A stretch of DNA of 64,000 nt from a virus. A program made the translations under genes and the position numbers. A model generated the notes under the pieces. That model made no database searches and had not been told where the DNA came from. It saw only the letters and a list, made by a program, of their open reading frames with translations. The DNA is taken from positions 1 to 64,000 of the IMG/VR virus record IMGVR_UViG_3300045988_080038; one strand, written 5' to 3'. Of this stretch, positions 1-8,578 are shown one piece after another; within the stretch, counting starts at the first letter, position 1, and each line of letters starts with the position of its first letter.

Positions 1-112
1 TGGAAAGCAGGTATCCGTACTCTGCCGGGAAGTCTTTCAGCATCGTATTCAGTTTTTCAATGTCTTCTGCCGGAATACCGTAGTCTTTCAGCTTTTTATT
101 CCTTGTCAGCAT
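1..112 (-). CDS. hypothetical protein, N-terminal part only (runs off the left edge)
   Basis: ATG at 112 (MLTRNKKLKDYGIPAEDIEKL...) stays open to position 1. Same strand as neighbours. Confidence 0.35.
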   Translation of the reverse strand, partial: MLTRNKKLKDYGIPAEDIEKLNTMLKDFPAEYGYLLS

Positions 113-126
113 ACTGTTGCTCCTTT

Positions 127-228
127 CTAATCGTCCGGGTGGTGTTTGTCGTACATGATTGCCACGCACACAAGACCAGTTACTCCGACTATGATTCCAA
201 GGGTGAATCCTAATATGAATGTGATCAT
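127..228 (-). CDS. 33-aa hydrophobic peptide (MITFILGFTLGIIVGVTGLVCVAIMYDKHHPDD)
   Basis: ATGA start/stop overlap with the upstream small ORF. One predicted transmembrane (TM) helix. Below the ORF-track size cutoff. Confidence 0.3.
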   Translation of the reverse strand: MITFILGFTLGIIVGVTGLVCVAIMYDKHHPDD

Positions 229-398
229 GATTTTTCCTCCTCACGCATTATTTCCTTTACACATTCTCTACAGTAACAACCTTCAAGTCCTTCTATTCTG
301 TATAGGAAACACATCCATTCTCTGTTCCAGATTCCCTTGTCATTGCATCTCTTACAGGTTCCTTGCCCCTTACCTTGGCATTGTGTTATTTTTACCAT
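225..398 (-). CDS. 57-aa Cys-rich zinc-ribbon-like protein
   Basis: AAGGAGGG RBS 6 nt before ATG at 398. Translation MVKITQCQGKGQGTCKRCNDKG...CYCRECVKE has CxxC pairs. Confidence 0.45.
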   Translation of the reverse strand: MVKITQCQGKGQGTCKRCNDKGIWNREWMCFLYRIEGLEGCYCRECVKEIMREEEKS

Positions 399-400
399 GT

Positions 401-736
401 TCAGCCCTCCTTATACGGTGCTGGAAGTGGTTGCCATGCTGTGACTTTCCAATATGACCTAGCACCAGTTAGCTCCCAGCGTTTCAACTTGCTTTGAAAT
501 TTCGCATAGGTTGAACGATATATTCTTCCGTCCATGCAAGTCACTTGATACGTGCCGCTTGCTTCCGGCAATCTCTCGCCGGCCGAAATCCAACCATTTT
601 CTTTCTCGTCCTGTTCAAGATCATTCAGAAGCTGCTCAATCATATCTTGAATAACTTTGACATACAGCCCAGCGTATTTGTAGCAGTCCGAATATTTATC
701 CTTGTACTGCTTTAATCTATCTTTGATATGACTCAT
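401..736 (-). CDS. DUF551-like phage protein
   Basis: C-terminus WISAGERLPE...VTAWQPLPAPYKEG matches the DUF551 signature (W..ERLPE ... AWMPLP.PY). Paralog at 4349-4699. Confidence 0.7.
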   Translation of the reverse strand: MSHIKDRLKQYKDKYSDCYKYAGLYVKVIQDMIEQLLNDLEQDEKENGWISAGERLPEASGTYQVTCMDGRIYRSTYAKFQSKLKRWELTGARSYWKVTAWQPLPAPYKEG

Positions 737-738
737 TC

Positions 739-972
739 TTACACCTCACTATCCGCTGGTATCTGATAATCAATATGTCCATTTGTATAGGCTTCCTGAA
801 TCATATCCAGTACTTTCATGGCTTTTTCTTTGGTGGAATACTCTCCGAGTAAATAGCTGCACCCGGTGATGTATGATGTTATAACTGTTCTTACAGGCCC
901 TTCTTCAATTTCAATACCAGCTGATACATTAAAATTAACTAATATCTCTTTATCCTGACTTCTGATTAACAT
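739..972 (-). CDS. hypothetical protein
   Basis: 77-aa ORF packed tightly in the operon. Shares a YST(K/E)E.A...M...AY segment with the ORF at 6006-6395. Confidence 0.55.
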   Translation of the reverse strand: MLIRSQDKEILVNFNVSAGIEIEEGPVRTVITSYITGCSYLLGEYSTKEKAMKVLDMIQEAYTNGHIDYQIPADSEV

Positions 973-1163
973 TTTGTGTCCTCCTTGTCATTTACTCTTC
1001 GATTCCACTGCTCTACAGCTTCTTCCTCTGTTTCTCTCCAGCGTTCAACCATTCCATCACATTCTGTACAAGCTACAAGATATTCTTTTCTTGAATCATC
1101 GTATTCGTTAACCAGCATTTCTGCCTTTCCTCCGCAAAACGGACAAGGTTTTAATTTATCCAT
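966..1163 (-). CDS. Lar-family restriction-alleviation-like zinc finger protein
   Basis: LKPCPFCGGKAEM...ACTECDG...EEEAVEQWNRRV fits the Lar pattern (CPFCG ... C..C ... A..WNRR). Confidence 0.65.
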   Translation of the reverse strand: MDKLKPCPFCGGKAEMLVNEYDDSRKEYLVACTECDGMVERWRETEEEAVEQWNRRVNDKEDTKC

Positions 1164-1225
1164 TTTCCATCCTCACTTTCCACATGTAAGCAACTGTCAC
1201 GCTATTGTGCAGTCCTCCATGGTTT

Positions 1226-2059
1226 CTAAATAAAATCTTTGATATTCATTTGCGGATTTCTTTCTAAAACAATCATTTCATCTTTAGCTCTCTGATAAAA
1301 ATTTCTATCAATTTCAAATCCATATGCGCTTCTTCCAAGTTCCATGGCTGCTCTCAATGTGCTGCCACTTCCGCAGCATGGGTCAATCACTACATCGCCA
1401 GGATCGGTAAATATTTCGATTAATCTTTTCAGAACGGCTACTGGTTTTTGTGCGGGATGAATTTTAGGAATATCCTTTCCGTCTTTTTCCCACTGAAACC
1501 AGTTAAAAACCATCTTTCCAGTACCGCGAATAGTCTTTCCGTTTTCATCCGTCTGTGCTCCATTTCTGAACTTTGGAAGTTTATTTCGGTAAAACACAAG
1601 TGCGTATTCTGTAGCCCCTACCACACGCATGTTAGCTTTTAGTACCTGTGGGCTGTAATTTTTAATGAACACAAGCGGTATGTAGTGAACGAATCCATGT
1701 TTCGCGGCCGCATTGATCAGCGTTTGTATTTGCTCAAACGAACAAAATACGATCATGCATGGTGCATCTGAACTTCTTCCTCTTGCGCCTGCCTTTTTAG
1801 GCTCTTTTCTCAACATTTTTGAACAGAAGTGAAAATATTCATACAGATTGAAATTGAAATCTGAGTTGAAAGCTGCTTTTCCGGCTAATTTACTTTCACC
1901 ATTCTTATTATCTCCGCCCGTGTACCACATTGGATTACTGCCATAAAAGTTGTTTCCAACATTGTAAGGTACATCCGCAATTACAAGTTGTGCTCTTGGA
2001 ATTGCATATTTTTTATAATTCTGCATAGAATCACGATATATTTCACATTTTAAATTCAT
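1226..2059 (-). CDS. DNA N6-adenine/N4-cytosine methyltransferase (beta-class motif order), orphan
   Basis: Catalytic DPPY-like motif IADVPYN lies near the N-terminus and SAM motif VIDPCCGSGST near the C-terminus. No restriction endonuclease partner is visible. Confidence 0.85.
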   Translation of the reverse strand: MNLKCEIYRDSMQNYKKYAIPRAQLVIADVPYNVGNNFYGSNPMWYTGGDNKNGESKLAGKAAFNSDFNFNLYEYFHFCSKMLRKEPKKAGARGRSSDAPCMIVFCSFEQIQTLINAAAKHGFVHYIPLVFIKNYSPQVLKANMRVVGATEYALVFYRNKLPKFRNGAQTDENGKTIRGTGKMVFNWFQWEKDGKDIPKIHPAQKPVAVLKRLIEIFTDPGDVVIDPCCGSGSTLRAAMELGRSAYGFEIDRNFYQRAKDEMIVLERNPQMNIKDFI

Positions 2060-2202
2060 TTTTTTCTAAGAAGCCCGGTATACCCTTGCCCCGGCCGGAG
2101 GCTGGCTCCTTTCTTTTTTAATTAATTGTTTTTTTGCTTGATTAAATACAACCTCGTTTCACGAGGATAAGTGTTATTCCTTTCTTTTAACCATCTTCAT
2201 AT

Positions 2203-2454
2203 TTACTCGATTTCATTCAACATCATTCTTAATTTTCCGTAACATGGACAAATCCTTGTGTTATCGAAAATATCTCGCAGCAACACACAATGCGGATAAA
2301 TCGCATCGACCTCGTAAATGTGTTCCACTTTTTCCTCTCCGCGTTCTGTGTACTTAATGCGATTCCCTTTGCGGATCCCGTACCTTTCTGCCAGATACGC
2401 TCTCAATTCTTGAATCGTTATGGCATTATTCCTCATCTGAACATCTACTCTCAT
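2203..2454 (-). CDS. hypothetical protein
   Basis: 83-aa ORF in the minus-strand early operon. Confidence 0.55.
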   Translation of the reverse strand: MRVDVQMRNNAITIQELRAYLAERYGIRKGNRIKYTERGEEKVEHIYEVDAIYPHCVLLRDIFDNTRICPCYGKLRMMLNEIE

Positions 2455-2462
2455 TTTTTCTC

Positions 2463-2825
2463 CTAAAAACCGATTTTATCTTCACCATCGAGGATTTCTT
2501 CATCCTCATCGTCAAAATCGAAATCTGGCGTTTCTTCTACATCAGTTACTTTCCATTTCGACATGTTCTTTCCTCGCTCAACCAGTTCTGCCCTCTGCTC
2601 TTCTGTCAGCTTTCTCGGGGCACGTAAATTTGGCACGTATTTTCTCGGAACATGAGCGAAAATCGAGCCATCTTTGTTAATTGCGATAACCTTTACATCT
2701 TCCGGGTTTTCTTCTTTCAGTTTAAGTGTTCGATTCTTTAAAGTACTTCCGTTGTATGCCGATACCTCAGCATAGTCACTTCCACGTATCCATGCGATAC
2801 TACATTCATTGCAATTCTCCGCCAT
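2463..2825 (-). CDS. hypothetical protein with acidic C-terminus
   Basis: 120-aa ORF. ATGA-type overlap with the upstream gene at 2825. Confidence 0.6.
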   Translation of the reverse strand: MAENCNECSIAWIRGSDYAEVSAYNGSTLKNRTLKLKEENPEDVKVIAINKDGSIFAHVPRKYVPNLRAPRKLTEEQRAELVERGKNMSKWKVTDVEETPDFDFDDEDEEILDGEDKIGF

Positions 2826-3085
2826 TATCTTCCCTCCACCTTTAATATTTTTCTCAGCTTCGATGTGAGTAAGTCAAACTGTGCAAGCATGTCTTTGTCC
2901 TTGTGCTTTCTAACAGTGATATCGTCTTCCGAATCATCCAGGTAATATTCACCATTGATAGGCTCTCTGTAGTCTATTTTTGATTTGAAGTCCCACCCGG
3001 AAAGATTGAATCTTTCAACAGTTTCTTTCCGGGTAAGTGTATCTACGAACGTCCCATCTAAGGTGTACAGATCGTAAAGTTTCAT
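2825..3085 (-). CDS. hypothetical protein
   Basis: 86-aa ORF, translationally coupled to both neighbours. Confidence 0.6.
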   Translation of the reverse strand: MKLYDLYTLDGTFVDTLTRKETVERFNLSGWDFKSKIDYREPINGEYYLDDSEDDITVRKHKDKDMLAQFDLLTSKLRKILKVEGR

Positions 3086-3336
3086 CTTTCACTCTTTCTT
3101 ACCAGCCGGTATTTTCTGTTAGAATTGCTCCCTGAAAATTCAATCAGCCCATCATCCGCAAACTGACGTAAATGTCTCTGAACTGCACTGGGGCTTAAAT
3201 CCAATTCCTCAGCTATCGTTTTAATCTGTGGCATTTCGCCTTTGCGTTTTTCGTATTTTACGATGAAATAATAAATATCTTTACGATTCTGCTCGTATTC
3301 CTTATGTTTTCTGCTCTTTATTTCACGTATAGTCAT
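3082..3336 (-). CDS. winged-helix DNA-binding protein
   Basis: IKTIAEELDLSPSAVQRHLRQFADDGLIEF is a typical HTH plus wing. Confidence 0.6.
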   Translation of the reverse strand: MTIREIKSRKHKEYEQNRKDIYYFIVKYEKRKGEMPQIKTIAEELDLSPSAVQRHLRQFADDGLIEFSGSNSNRKYRLVRKSER

Positions 3337-3914
3337 TTCTCGTAGTTCCTTTCATCAAGCATTTCTTTGAATTTCTCAAAGGCTTTGATTGAAGTTTTGT
3401 TGTTCTGCTTTTCGGGTTTCAAAGATATCTGAAGGTGGGTGTCGATGATATGTGATAAATCACGGGCCAGAGTTTTCTTGCCTTGTCGGATACCATCACG
3501 ATATCCTTTTGCCGGGCGGTAATCAGCAATCTTCTCTTTTCCTTCATCCTGTCCACCACCAGTCTTGTTTTTCACAATCCATCCGGCATCAATGGCTTTC
3601 TGGATGTATTCTCGTTCTTTTTCATCAAGCTGTGATACCGGGCAATGGAAAAAATCAATCTTGTAGCCGTTCTTATTATCTTCTGAATACAGCCCATGTG
3701 CTTTCATGGAACGATCAATATGCTGCTCGTATCCTGACATGTGTTGCGCCAGTCTGGTAAGAAGTTTCACTGACTGCCCGATATATCCATGAGTTTCGGT
3801 ACGCCAGAGTATATATATTCCGGTTCCTTCATCCAGTTTCGGATTTACTTTCAGAAGTTTCTTCTTGTTGCTAGCTTCAATGGCTTTTGCCTGTCTGAAT
3901 TTCTTGTAATCCAA
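3333..3914 (-). CDS. GIY-YIG domain nuclease-like protein
   Basis: GIYILWR...HGYIGQSVKLLTRLAQH...EREYIQ matches the GIY-YIG core motifs. Confidence 0.7.
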   Translation of the reverse strand: MDYKKFRQAKAIEASNKKKLLKVNPKLDEGTGIYILWRTETHGYIGQSVKLLTRLAQHMSGYEQHIDRSMKAHGLYSEDNKNGYKIDFFHCPVSQLDEKEREYIQKAIDAGWIVKNKTGGGQDEGKEKIADYRPAKGYRDGIRQGKKTLARDLSHIIDTHLQISLKPEKQNNKTSIKAFEKFKEMLDERNYEK

Positions 3915-3930
3915 CTGAAATTCCTTTCAA

Positions 3931-4347
3931 TTACGAAAACGGTAAATCCGGATCGTAAGCCGGTTCAACAAATGTGTCGCTTGCCGGTGCTGACGGTGGA
4001 ACTGCGCCGGTGCTTTCAGGCTGGTTGCTTCTACCCTTACTTTCCACAAATTCATGGGTTTCTATCAGACAGTCATTTGTGTAAATTTTCTTTCCATCAG
4101 TGTCCGTATAGTTTCCAGTCTGCCAGCTTCCGATGACTGCAATTTTCATTCCCTTATGCAGGCATTTTTCAGCAAACTCCCCATTTTTACCAAGTGCAAC
4201 ACAATTTATAAAATCTGCTTTCCGCTCATTATCTTTACGATACTGTCTTTCTACTGCAAGAGTGTATCTGGCAATGGTTATGTTATTGGTTCCGGTACGT
4301 ATGTCCGGGTCTTTCACTAATCGACCGATCAAAATTACTTTGTTCAT
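3931..4347 (-). CDS. ssb: single-stranded DNA-binding protein
   Basis: MNKVILIGRLVKDPDIR OB-fold N-terminus and acidic C-terminal tail ending DPDLPFS. Confidence 0.9.
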   Translation of the reverse strand: MNKVILIGRLVKDPDIRTGTNNITIARYTLAVERQYRKDNERKADFINCVALGKNGEFAEKCLHKGMKIAVIGSWQTGNYTDTDGKKIYTNDCLIETHEFVESKGRSNQPESTGAVPPSAPASDTFVEPAYDPDLPFS

Positions 4348-4348
4348 G

Positions 4349-4699
4349 TTATTTCTCCTTATAAGCTTTAGGCATCGGCATCCACGCCGAAACCGTATAT
4401 TTTATCTCTCTTCCAACTCCAACATCTGCCCATTCACCGTTTCCAATATATCTCAGAGATGTTGGCCATTCAGCACCCTTGATTGTTACCGTGTACTGCG
4501 GCAGTTCCTCGATATCAGCATCTTCGTCCGGCTCTGGCGGTAACATTAATTCTGTCGGAATCCATTCAATCACCGGATTATATGATGTGAAACATTCCTT
4601 TGCCTTTTCCAGTGCATCATTCCATCCTCTGTCGTACAAACTGGATATTGAAGAGATTTCCTTTTTGTTTTTGTCCAGAACATTAATTAAAATTTGCAT
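4349..4699 (-). CDS. DUF551-like phage protein (second copy)
   Basis: EWIPTELMLPPEPDE...VSAWMPMPKAYKEK. Confidence 0.7.
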   Translation of the reverse strand: MQILINVLDKNKKEISSISSLYDRGWNDALEKAKECFTSYNPVIEWIPTELMLPPEPDEDADIEELPQYTVTIKGAEWPTSLRYIGNGEWADVGVGREIKYTVSAWMPMPKAYKEK

Positions 4700-4703
4700 C
4701 CTG

Positions 4704-5090
4704 TCACTCCTTTTTATCCTCGTAAAAACTCAAGTAATCAAACCACTGGTCTTTGATAAAATGCCCGATGATTTTTACTGAACTTCCCCATCCTTTTGTT
4801 GCGACCCGAACATGCTTTCCTTTTAAATCCACAAGATCTTCAACGCCAACTACATCCATAATTCGCATGATTGCTTCCATTCCGGAAGCAGAACCTTTAA
4901 ATTCTCTGGCTCCCAAATATCCATGTCCAAGAGCATAGCCGCCGTAAACGACTCCCCATCCGCCACCGTTCAGCGTAAGATCAAGTGAAAGTACTCCGTG
5001 ATCTCTGAAATTTAATGATACATTTGTAATCTCAGCGTTTTGAAGCTTATATCCATCCGCCAGTAAAAGTTCTTCTGTCCATTCTTTCAA
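4704..5090 (-). CDS. hypothetical protein
   Basis: 128-aa ORF with TTG start preceded by GAGGAGGAA. Confidence 0.6.
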   Translation of the reverse strand: MKEWTEELLLADGYKLQNAEITNVSLNFRDHGVLSLDLTLNGGGWGVVYGGYALGHGYLGAREFKGSASGMEAIMRIMDVVGVEDLVDLKGKHVRVATKGWGSSVKIIGHFIKDQWFDYLSFYEDKKE

Positions 5091-5092
5091 TT

Positions 5093-5191
5093 TTATTCCT
5101 CCTCATAATCGTTACAGTACAGCGATCCGTAATCCCAGGCTAATGTGCAGCAATTACGGAATCTGCATTTGCTACAATCTGTCATTTCCAT
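5093..5191 (-). CDS. 32-aa Cys-rich peptide (MEMTDCSKCRFRNCCTLAWDYGSLYCNDYEEE)
   Basis: AAAGGAGAAGGGG RBS. Fills the gap between flanking genes. Confidence 0.35.
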   Translation of the reverse strand: MEMTDCSKCRFRNCCTLAWDYGSLYCNDYEEE

Positions 5192-5205
5192 ATCCCCTTC
5201 TCCTT

Positions 5206-5955
5206 TCAAAACGGAAACAAATTCAAATCAACTTCCAGTCCAGCTCGTCCAATCTGAACCAGAACATTATCCCCAACAACTTCTTTGACTTCTTTAAGCA
5301 TTTTTTCAGCATCCGAGGCATCACCACTCAAATGTACCAGTGTTATCGTTTTGAGCGATTCTGTGAGATTTTCCTTAATGAATTGCTTGCAAGTTGACAA
5401 AGAACAATGCCCGGTGATCTGGTGTTTCCACTTCGGGTTGTTTCTGTCTATCAGTTCCTCGCAGTAATTACAACCAATAACCAAGTGATTAAGCTCCATT
5501 AATTTGAATTTGTACCGGCAATGCTCAAAATCTGTCAGGTAAAGAAGCTTTCCCATTTCCTCATGTTCCACTAGATACCCGAAGTTCGGGCACAGTTCTT
5601 TATTTGCAGATGTATGCGGCAGGCTAAACGGAACTGCGCTGAACGAGCCGATTTTGAAGTATTTCTTTTCAGCAACAGCTTTTATAGTTCCGTCCGTTAT
5701 GCCTAAGTTTTTGATTGTTTCTTGCCCGGTATAGACCGTGATTCCGGCGTTCATGATTTCATGAATAGCTTCGGTGTGATCACCTTAACCATGTTCATGT
5801 GAAAGAAGCACACCGGAAATATTGATTATCTGGTAGTCAATCCCTCTGAGGATTTTCTTATACTTGCATCCGCAGTCAAGAAGAACAATCTCGCCTGTGC
5901 TTGACTGCAAAGCGTAACAATTTCCTTTCGTACTTCCTGTTGAGATTACTCGCAT
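5206..5955 (-). pseudogene. MBL-fold metallo-hydrolase interrupted by an in-frame TAA
   Basis: The reading frame from ATG 5955 gives ...ISGVLLSHEHG-TAA-GDHTEAIHEIMNAG... and runs in frame into the tracked ORF 5206-5754. The stop (5785-5787) lies inside the HxHxDH metal-binding motif. Confidence 0.75.
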
Positions 5956-6005
5956 GAACAAATGGTATCACCTCTTTTCTTTCCATAAAATTAATACCTA
6001 TTATT

Positions 6006-6395
6006 TTATAATCCCGATACATTTAAAGCTGAGGTAATTTCTTTGATGCTATCTCTTATTTTTCGCGGAAGAACGTAGTCTCCATTTTCATTTTTTAAAT
6101 CCATTACATTCGGAAGATTTTCTCTAAGAAGTTTTAATTCGTATCTTCCCAAGAAAGTCGATTCCAATTTTGTTTTTCCTTCTTTTGGAAGAATGAATAT
6201 TGGTTTGTTTGAAATATATGCATACATAACCATACTCATTGCCTCTTTCGCCTGTTCTTCTGTTGAGTAAACAGCCATAATTGTTCCTTTTTCACCGACC
6301 TTTGGAATGTATGCTCTTATGATATTTTCAGCTCTGCTTAATGAAGTGTTTTCGTAAGGAATGTCAATATTTCCTGTCTGACTAATTAATCTCAT
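6006..6395 (-). CDS. hypothetical protein, translationally coupled to the RT
   Basis: 129-aa ORF with a 4-nt overlap on the RT stop. Confidence 0.6.
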   Translation of the reverse strand: MRLISQTGNIDIPYENTSLSRAENIIRAYIPKVGEKGTIMAVYSTEEQAKEAMSMVMYAYISNKPIFILPKEGKTKLESTFLGRYELKLLRENLPNVMDLKNENGDYVLPRKIRDSIKEITSALNVSGL

Positions 6396-7456
6396 TTCAT
6401 TCTCCTTTCAATTTCCAAATCCATACTGTGGCATAATTTAATACAGTTTCCATGAAGCATATGGTTCCTACATGCTTCATATTTTTCGTTGAATTTTTCC
6501 ATTGGCATCTTTTCTTCGTTTACTGCACGAACCCATCTACGAATCTTTTCCTGAGTATTTCTTTTTCTGTCACCACGTAATTTTCTGATATATTTTCCCT
6601 CATCAGTCACGTAATGGTGGAATCCAAGATAACACAGTCCCATTCGAAACGGTACAATTTGCGATTTTGGGTTCAATTCCAACCCGAGACTTTTAACCAT
6701 CATTCGAATTGCTTCAAGAATTTCTCTGGCGATGTCTTTTGTTTTGCACAACACATAAAAATCATCGTTATATCGTCCATAATATGGATTTCCAAACTCA
6801 ATCGTTATCATCTGATCTAGCGAATGAAGTAGTAGCAATGCATATTTCAGGTTGACCTGGTTCCCTAATGGCAGCCCTGGATTTTCTGTGCTATCAATAA
6901 ATAAATGATTCAGCCAGATTGTAAAATTATCATCAAAATAGTAGTCAAGCACGTCTTTCATTATTTCATGATCTATGCTGTAAAAGTATTTATGAATATC
7001 ACATTTTACAATCCAGCCATTAATTCCATTCTTTTCATAGAAATCCAACATTTGCTCCTTTAAACCGTCCATTGCCATATGTTGTCCTTTTCCCTGTTGT
7101 CCAGCGGTATTCCATTTAATCAGAATTTTTTCAAGCTTCGGTGTCAGAATGTAATCAGAAAAGCATCTCTGTACTACTTTATCCTTAAATGCACATGATT
7201 CTATCGTTCGCTCTTTTGGCTCATGGATTTGAAATTTATTATATGGATTTATGGTATACGTTTGGTTTTCCAACTGTTCCTTTAGAAGGTGAATACCTTC
7301 AAGAGATAAATTAGAAAACCTTGCAGTGCCTGAGTTAAATTTTTTACCGCTTTTAACCTTCTTGTAAGAACGATATAAATTCTCAAAATTTGCAACAATA
7401 TCTTTATCCATTGTTTTTGTCCCTTTATATTTATCCATTCCGGAAAGGTTATGCAT
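6392..7456 (-). CDS. DGR reverse transcriptase
   Basis: RT domain with HEPKERTI, DKVVQ, GLPLGN and the catalytic box YGRYNDDFYVL. Lies immediately downstream of a template repeat. Confidence 0.9.
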   Translation of the reverse strand: MHNLSGMDKYKGTKTMDKDIVANFENLYRSYKKVKSGKKFNSGTARFSNLSLEGIHLLKEQLENQTYTINPYNKFQIHEPKERTIESCAFKDKVVQRCFSDYILTPKLEKILIKWNTAGQQGKGQHMAMDGLKEQMLDFYEKNGINGWIVKCDIHKYFYSIDHEIMKDVLDYYFDDNFTIWLNHLFIDSTENPGLPLGNQVNLKYALLLLHSLDQMITIEFGNPYYGRYNDDFYVLCKTKDIAREILEAIRMMVKSLGLELNPKSQIVPFRMGLCYLGFHHYVTDEGKYIRKLRGDRKRNTQEKIRRWVRAVNEEKMPMEKFNEKYEACRNHMLHGNCIKLCHSMDLEIERRMK

Positions 7457-7515
7457 TTACTTGTATCTTTACTGATTTCAGCTTTGCGCTTACTCTGTCT
7501 GCCTGTGATCCAGGT

Positions 7516-7584
7516 TGGGCGAACACCGTTACTGTTGTTGTAGTTATTGCTGTTGATATTGCCGGAAGGCGAAACAACGGTATT
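7516..7584 (-). repeat. DGR template repeat (TR)
   Basis: 69 nt that align without gaps to 8024-8092 and 8627-8695. Asn-codon rich on the minus strand (translates TVVSPSGNINSNNYNNSNGVRP). Non-coding position between avd and the RT. Confidence 0.85.
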
Positions 7585-7604
7585 GCAACGCATAACCCAA
7601 GTTG

Positions 7605-7976
7605 TTACCTGTTTCTGTCTTTTGTTCTCCATGAAATAGTCATGTACTTTATATCTTTGACCATTTGTGACCATGACTCCATTCCACCGGAGTTGATAAT
7701 TCCTAATTCATATGAAAGTTCTATAAAGTACATCAACTCATCACAATGAGTAATGGCTTTCGTTTGAAGCTCTAATCGTTCTCTTTTATAATCTTTCAGA
7801 TCAGTTCGGTTGGCTTCAAAAAGCAACTCGTAGATTTCTAATGCTTTATTTTGCATTTTATCTACAAGTGAAAATCTGTATTTCTTCGGGTATCGTCTGG
7901 CATTACTCGTAACTATTAATGTATGCTTTGCAAGCTGCTTAGCCTTTGCTATTACCTTTAAATCTTCCTTTGCCAT
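7605..7976 (-). CDS. DGR accessory variability determinant (Avd-like four-helix-bundle protein)
   Basis: 123-aa basic helical protein, YPKKYRFSLVDKMQNKALEIYELLFEAN...W.TKD, positioned between the target genes and TR-RT. Confidence 0.8.
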   Translation of the reverse strand: MAKEDLKVIAKAKQLAKHTLIVTSNARRYPKKYRFSLVDKMQNKALEIYELLFEANRTDLKDYKRERLELQTKAITHCDELMYFIELSYELGIINSGGMESWSQMVKDIKYMTISWRTKDRNR

Positions 7977-8575
7977 TAATCATCACTTCCCAATTCAAAG
8001 ATTGAAGAAGAAAAGATACAAACTGGGCGAACACCGATACTGTCGACGTAGCCATGGCCGTAGATAACGCCGGAAGGCGAAACAACGGTAAGCGTTGAAT
8101 TGTAATCATTTACTGGTGTACTCCATGGCGTAATCAACCACCACCATTTCGGCATGTTCGGCAGTAATTTACGATATTTCCGGTACTCATCCACAGTCAA
8201 GAGTGAAATCTTATCTTCGCAATGTCCGTATTCTGTCTGCCCGTCCAGAGAAAGTAAATCACGATCAAATCCGATGACTGCATCCTCTCCTAATTCGTCC
8301 GCAATCTTTTTCAAGAATTTAGTGTTTAATTCTTCTCGAAGTTTACTTGAAATCCAGTTATTTGAATCCGAATCAAATGTTCTTTCTTTTCCATCGAATC
8401 CATTCAAAACGGCAAAATATCCTTTTTCTGTCTTGTCCAAAATCATCCATTCCATTCCGGCGATTTCTACCGTTTTACCAATTTTCGGTTTTTCCATATG
8501 CTGCTTTTTATATTCGGCAAATTCTTTGTTGATCCGGTTTAATTCATTTTCAAAATATTTCAGATTTTTCTTCAT
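7976..8575 (-). CDS. DGR target protein 1 (C-type-lectin/FGE-like variable C-terminus)
   Basis: C-terminus WWWLITPWS...TVVSPSGVIYGHGYVDSIGVRPVCIF carries VR1. Confidence 0.85.
   Translation of the reverse strand: MKKNLKYFENELNRINKEFAEYKKQHMEKPKIGKTVEIAGMEWMILDKTEKGYFAVLNGFDGKERTFDSDSNNWISSKLREELNTKFLKKIADELGEDAVIGFDRDLLSLDGQTEYGHCEDKISLLTVDEYRKYRKLLPNMPKWWWLITPWSTPVNDYNSTLTVVSPSGVIYGHGYVDSIGVRPVCIFSSSIFELGSDD
8024..8092 (-). repeat. DGR variable repeat VR1
   Basis: 13 mismatches to TR, all at positions where TR has A on the coding strand. Confidence 0.85.
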
Positions 8576-8578
8576 TTT

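Noticed and set aside
146-457. 103-aa plus-strand ORF at the left end
   Set aside because: It overlaps two minus-strand small ORFs that have good RBSs and are coupled to each other, and it also overlaps the DUF551 gene. It has no RBS.
5785-5787. Stop-codon reassignment (TAA read as sense) with phage suppressor tRNAs
   Set aside because: I found only one in-frame stop in the window. All other genes end normally at TAA, TAG or TGA. None of the tRNAs has a UUA, CUA or UCA anticodon. The local sequence looks like a 6-nt insertion in HEHGDH.
6392-7456. Retron or group II intron interpretation of the reverse transcriptase
   Set aside because: The adjacent Avd-like gene and the TR/VR pairs with adenine-specific mismatches fit a DGR. 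I saw no msr/msd-like inverted repeats and no intron RNA domains or maturase/endonuclease extension.
7282-7674. Tracked 130-aa minus-strand ORF spanning the gap between avd and the RT
   Set aside because: It is the conceptual translation of the DGR template repeat (…TVVSPSGNINSNNYNNSNGVRP…) running into the RT start. It has no RBS and overlaps two real genes, so I treat it as non-coding TR.
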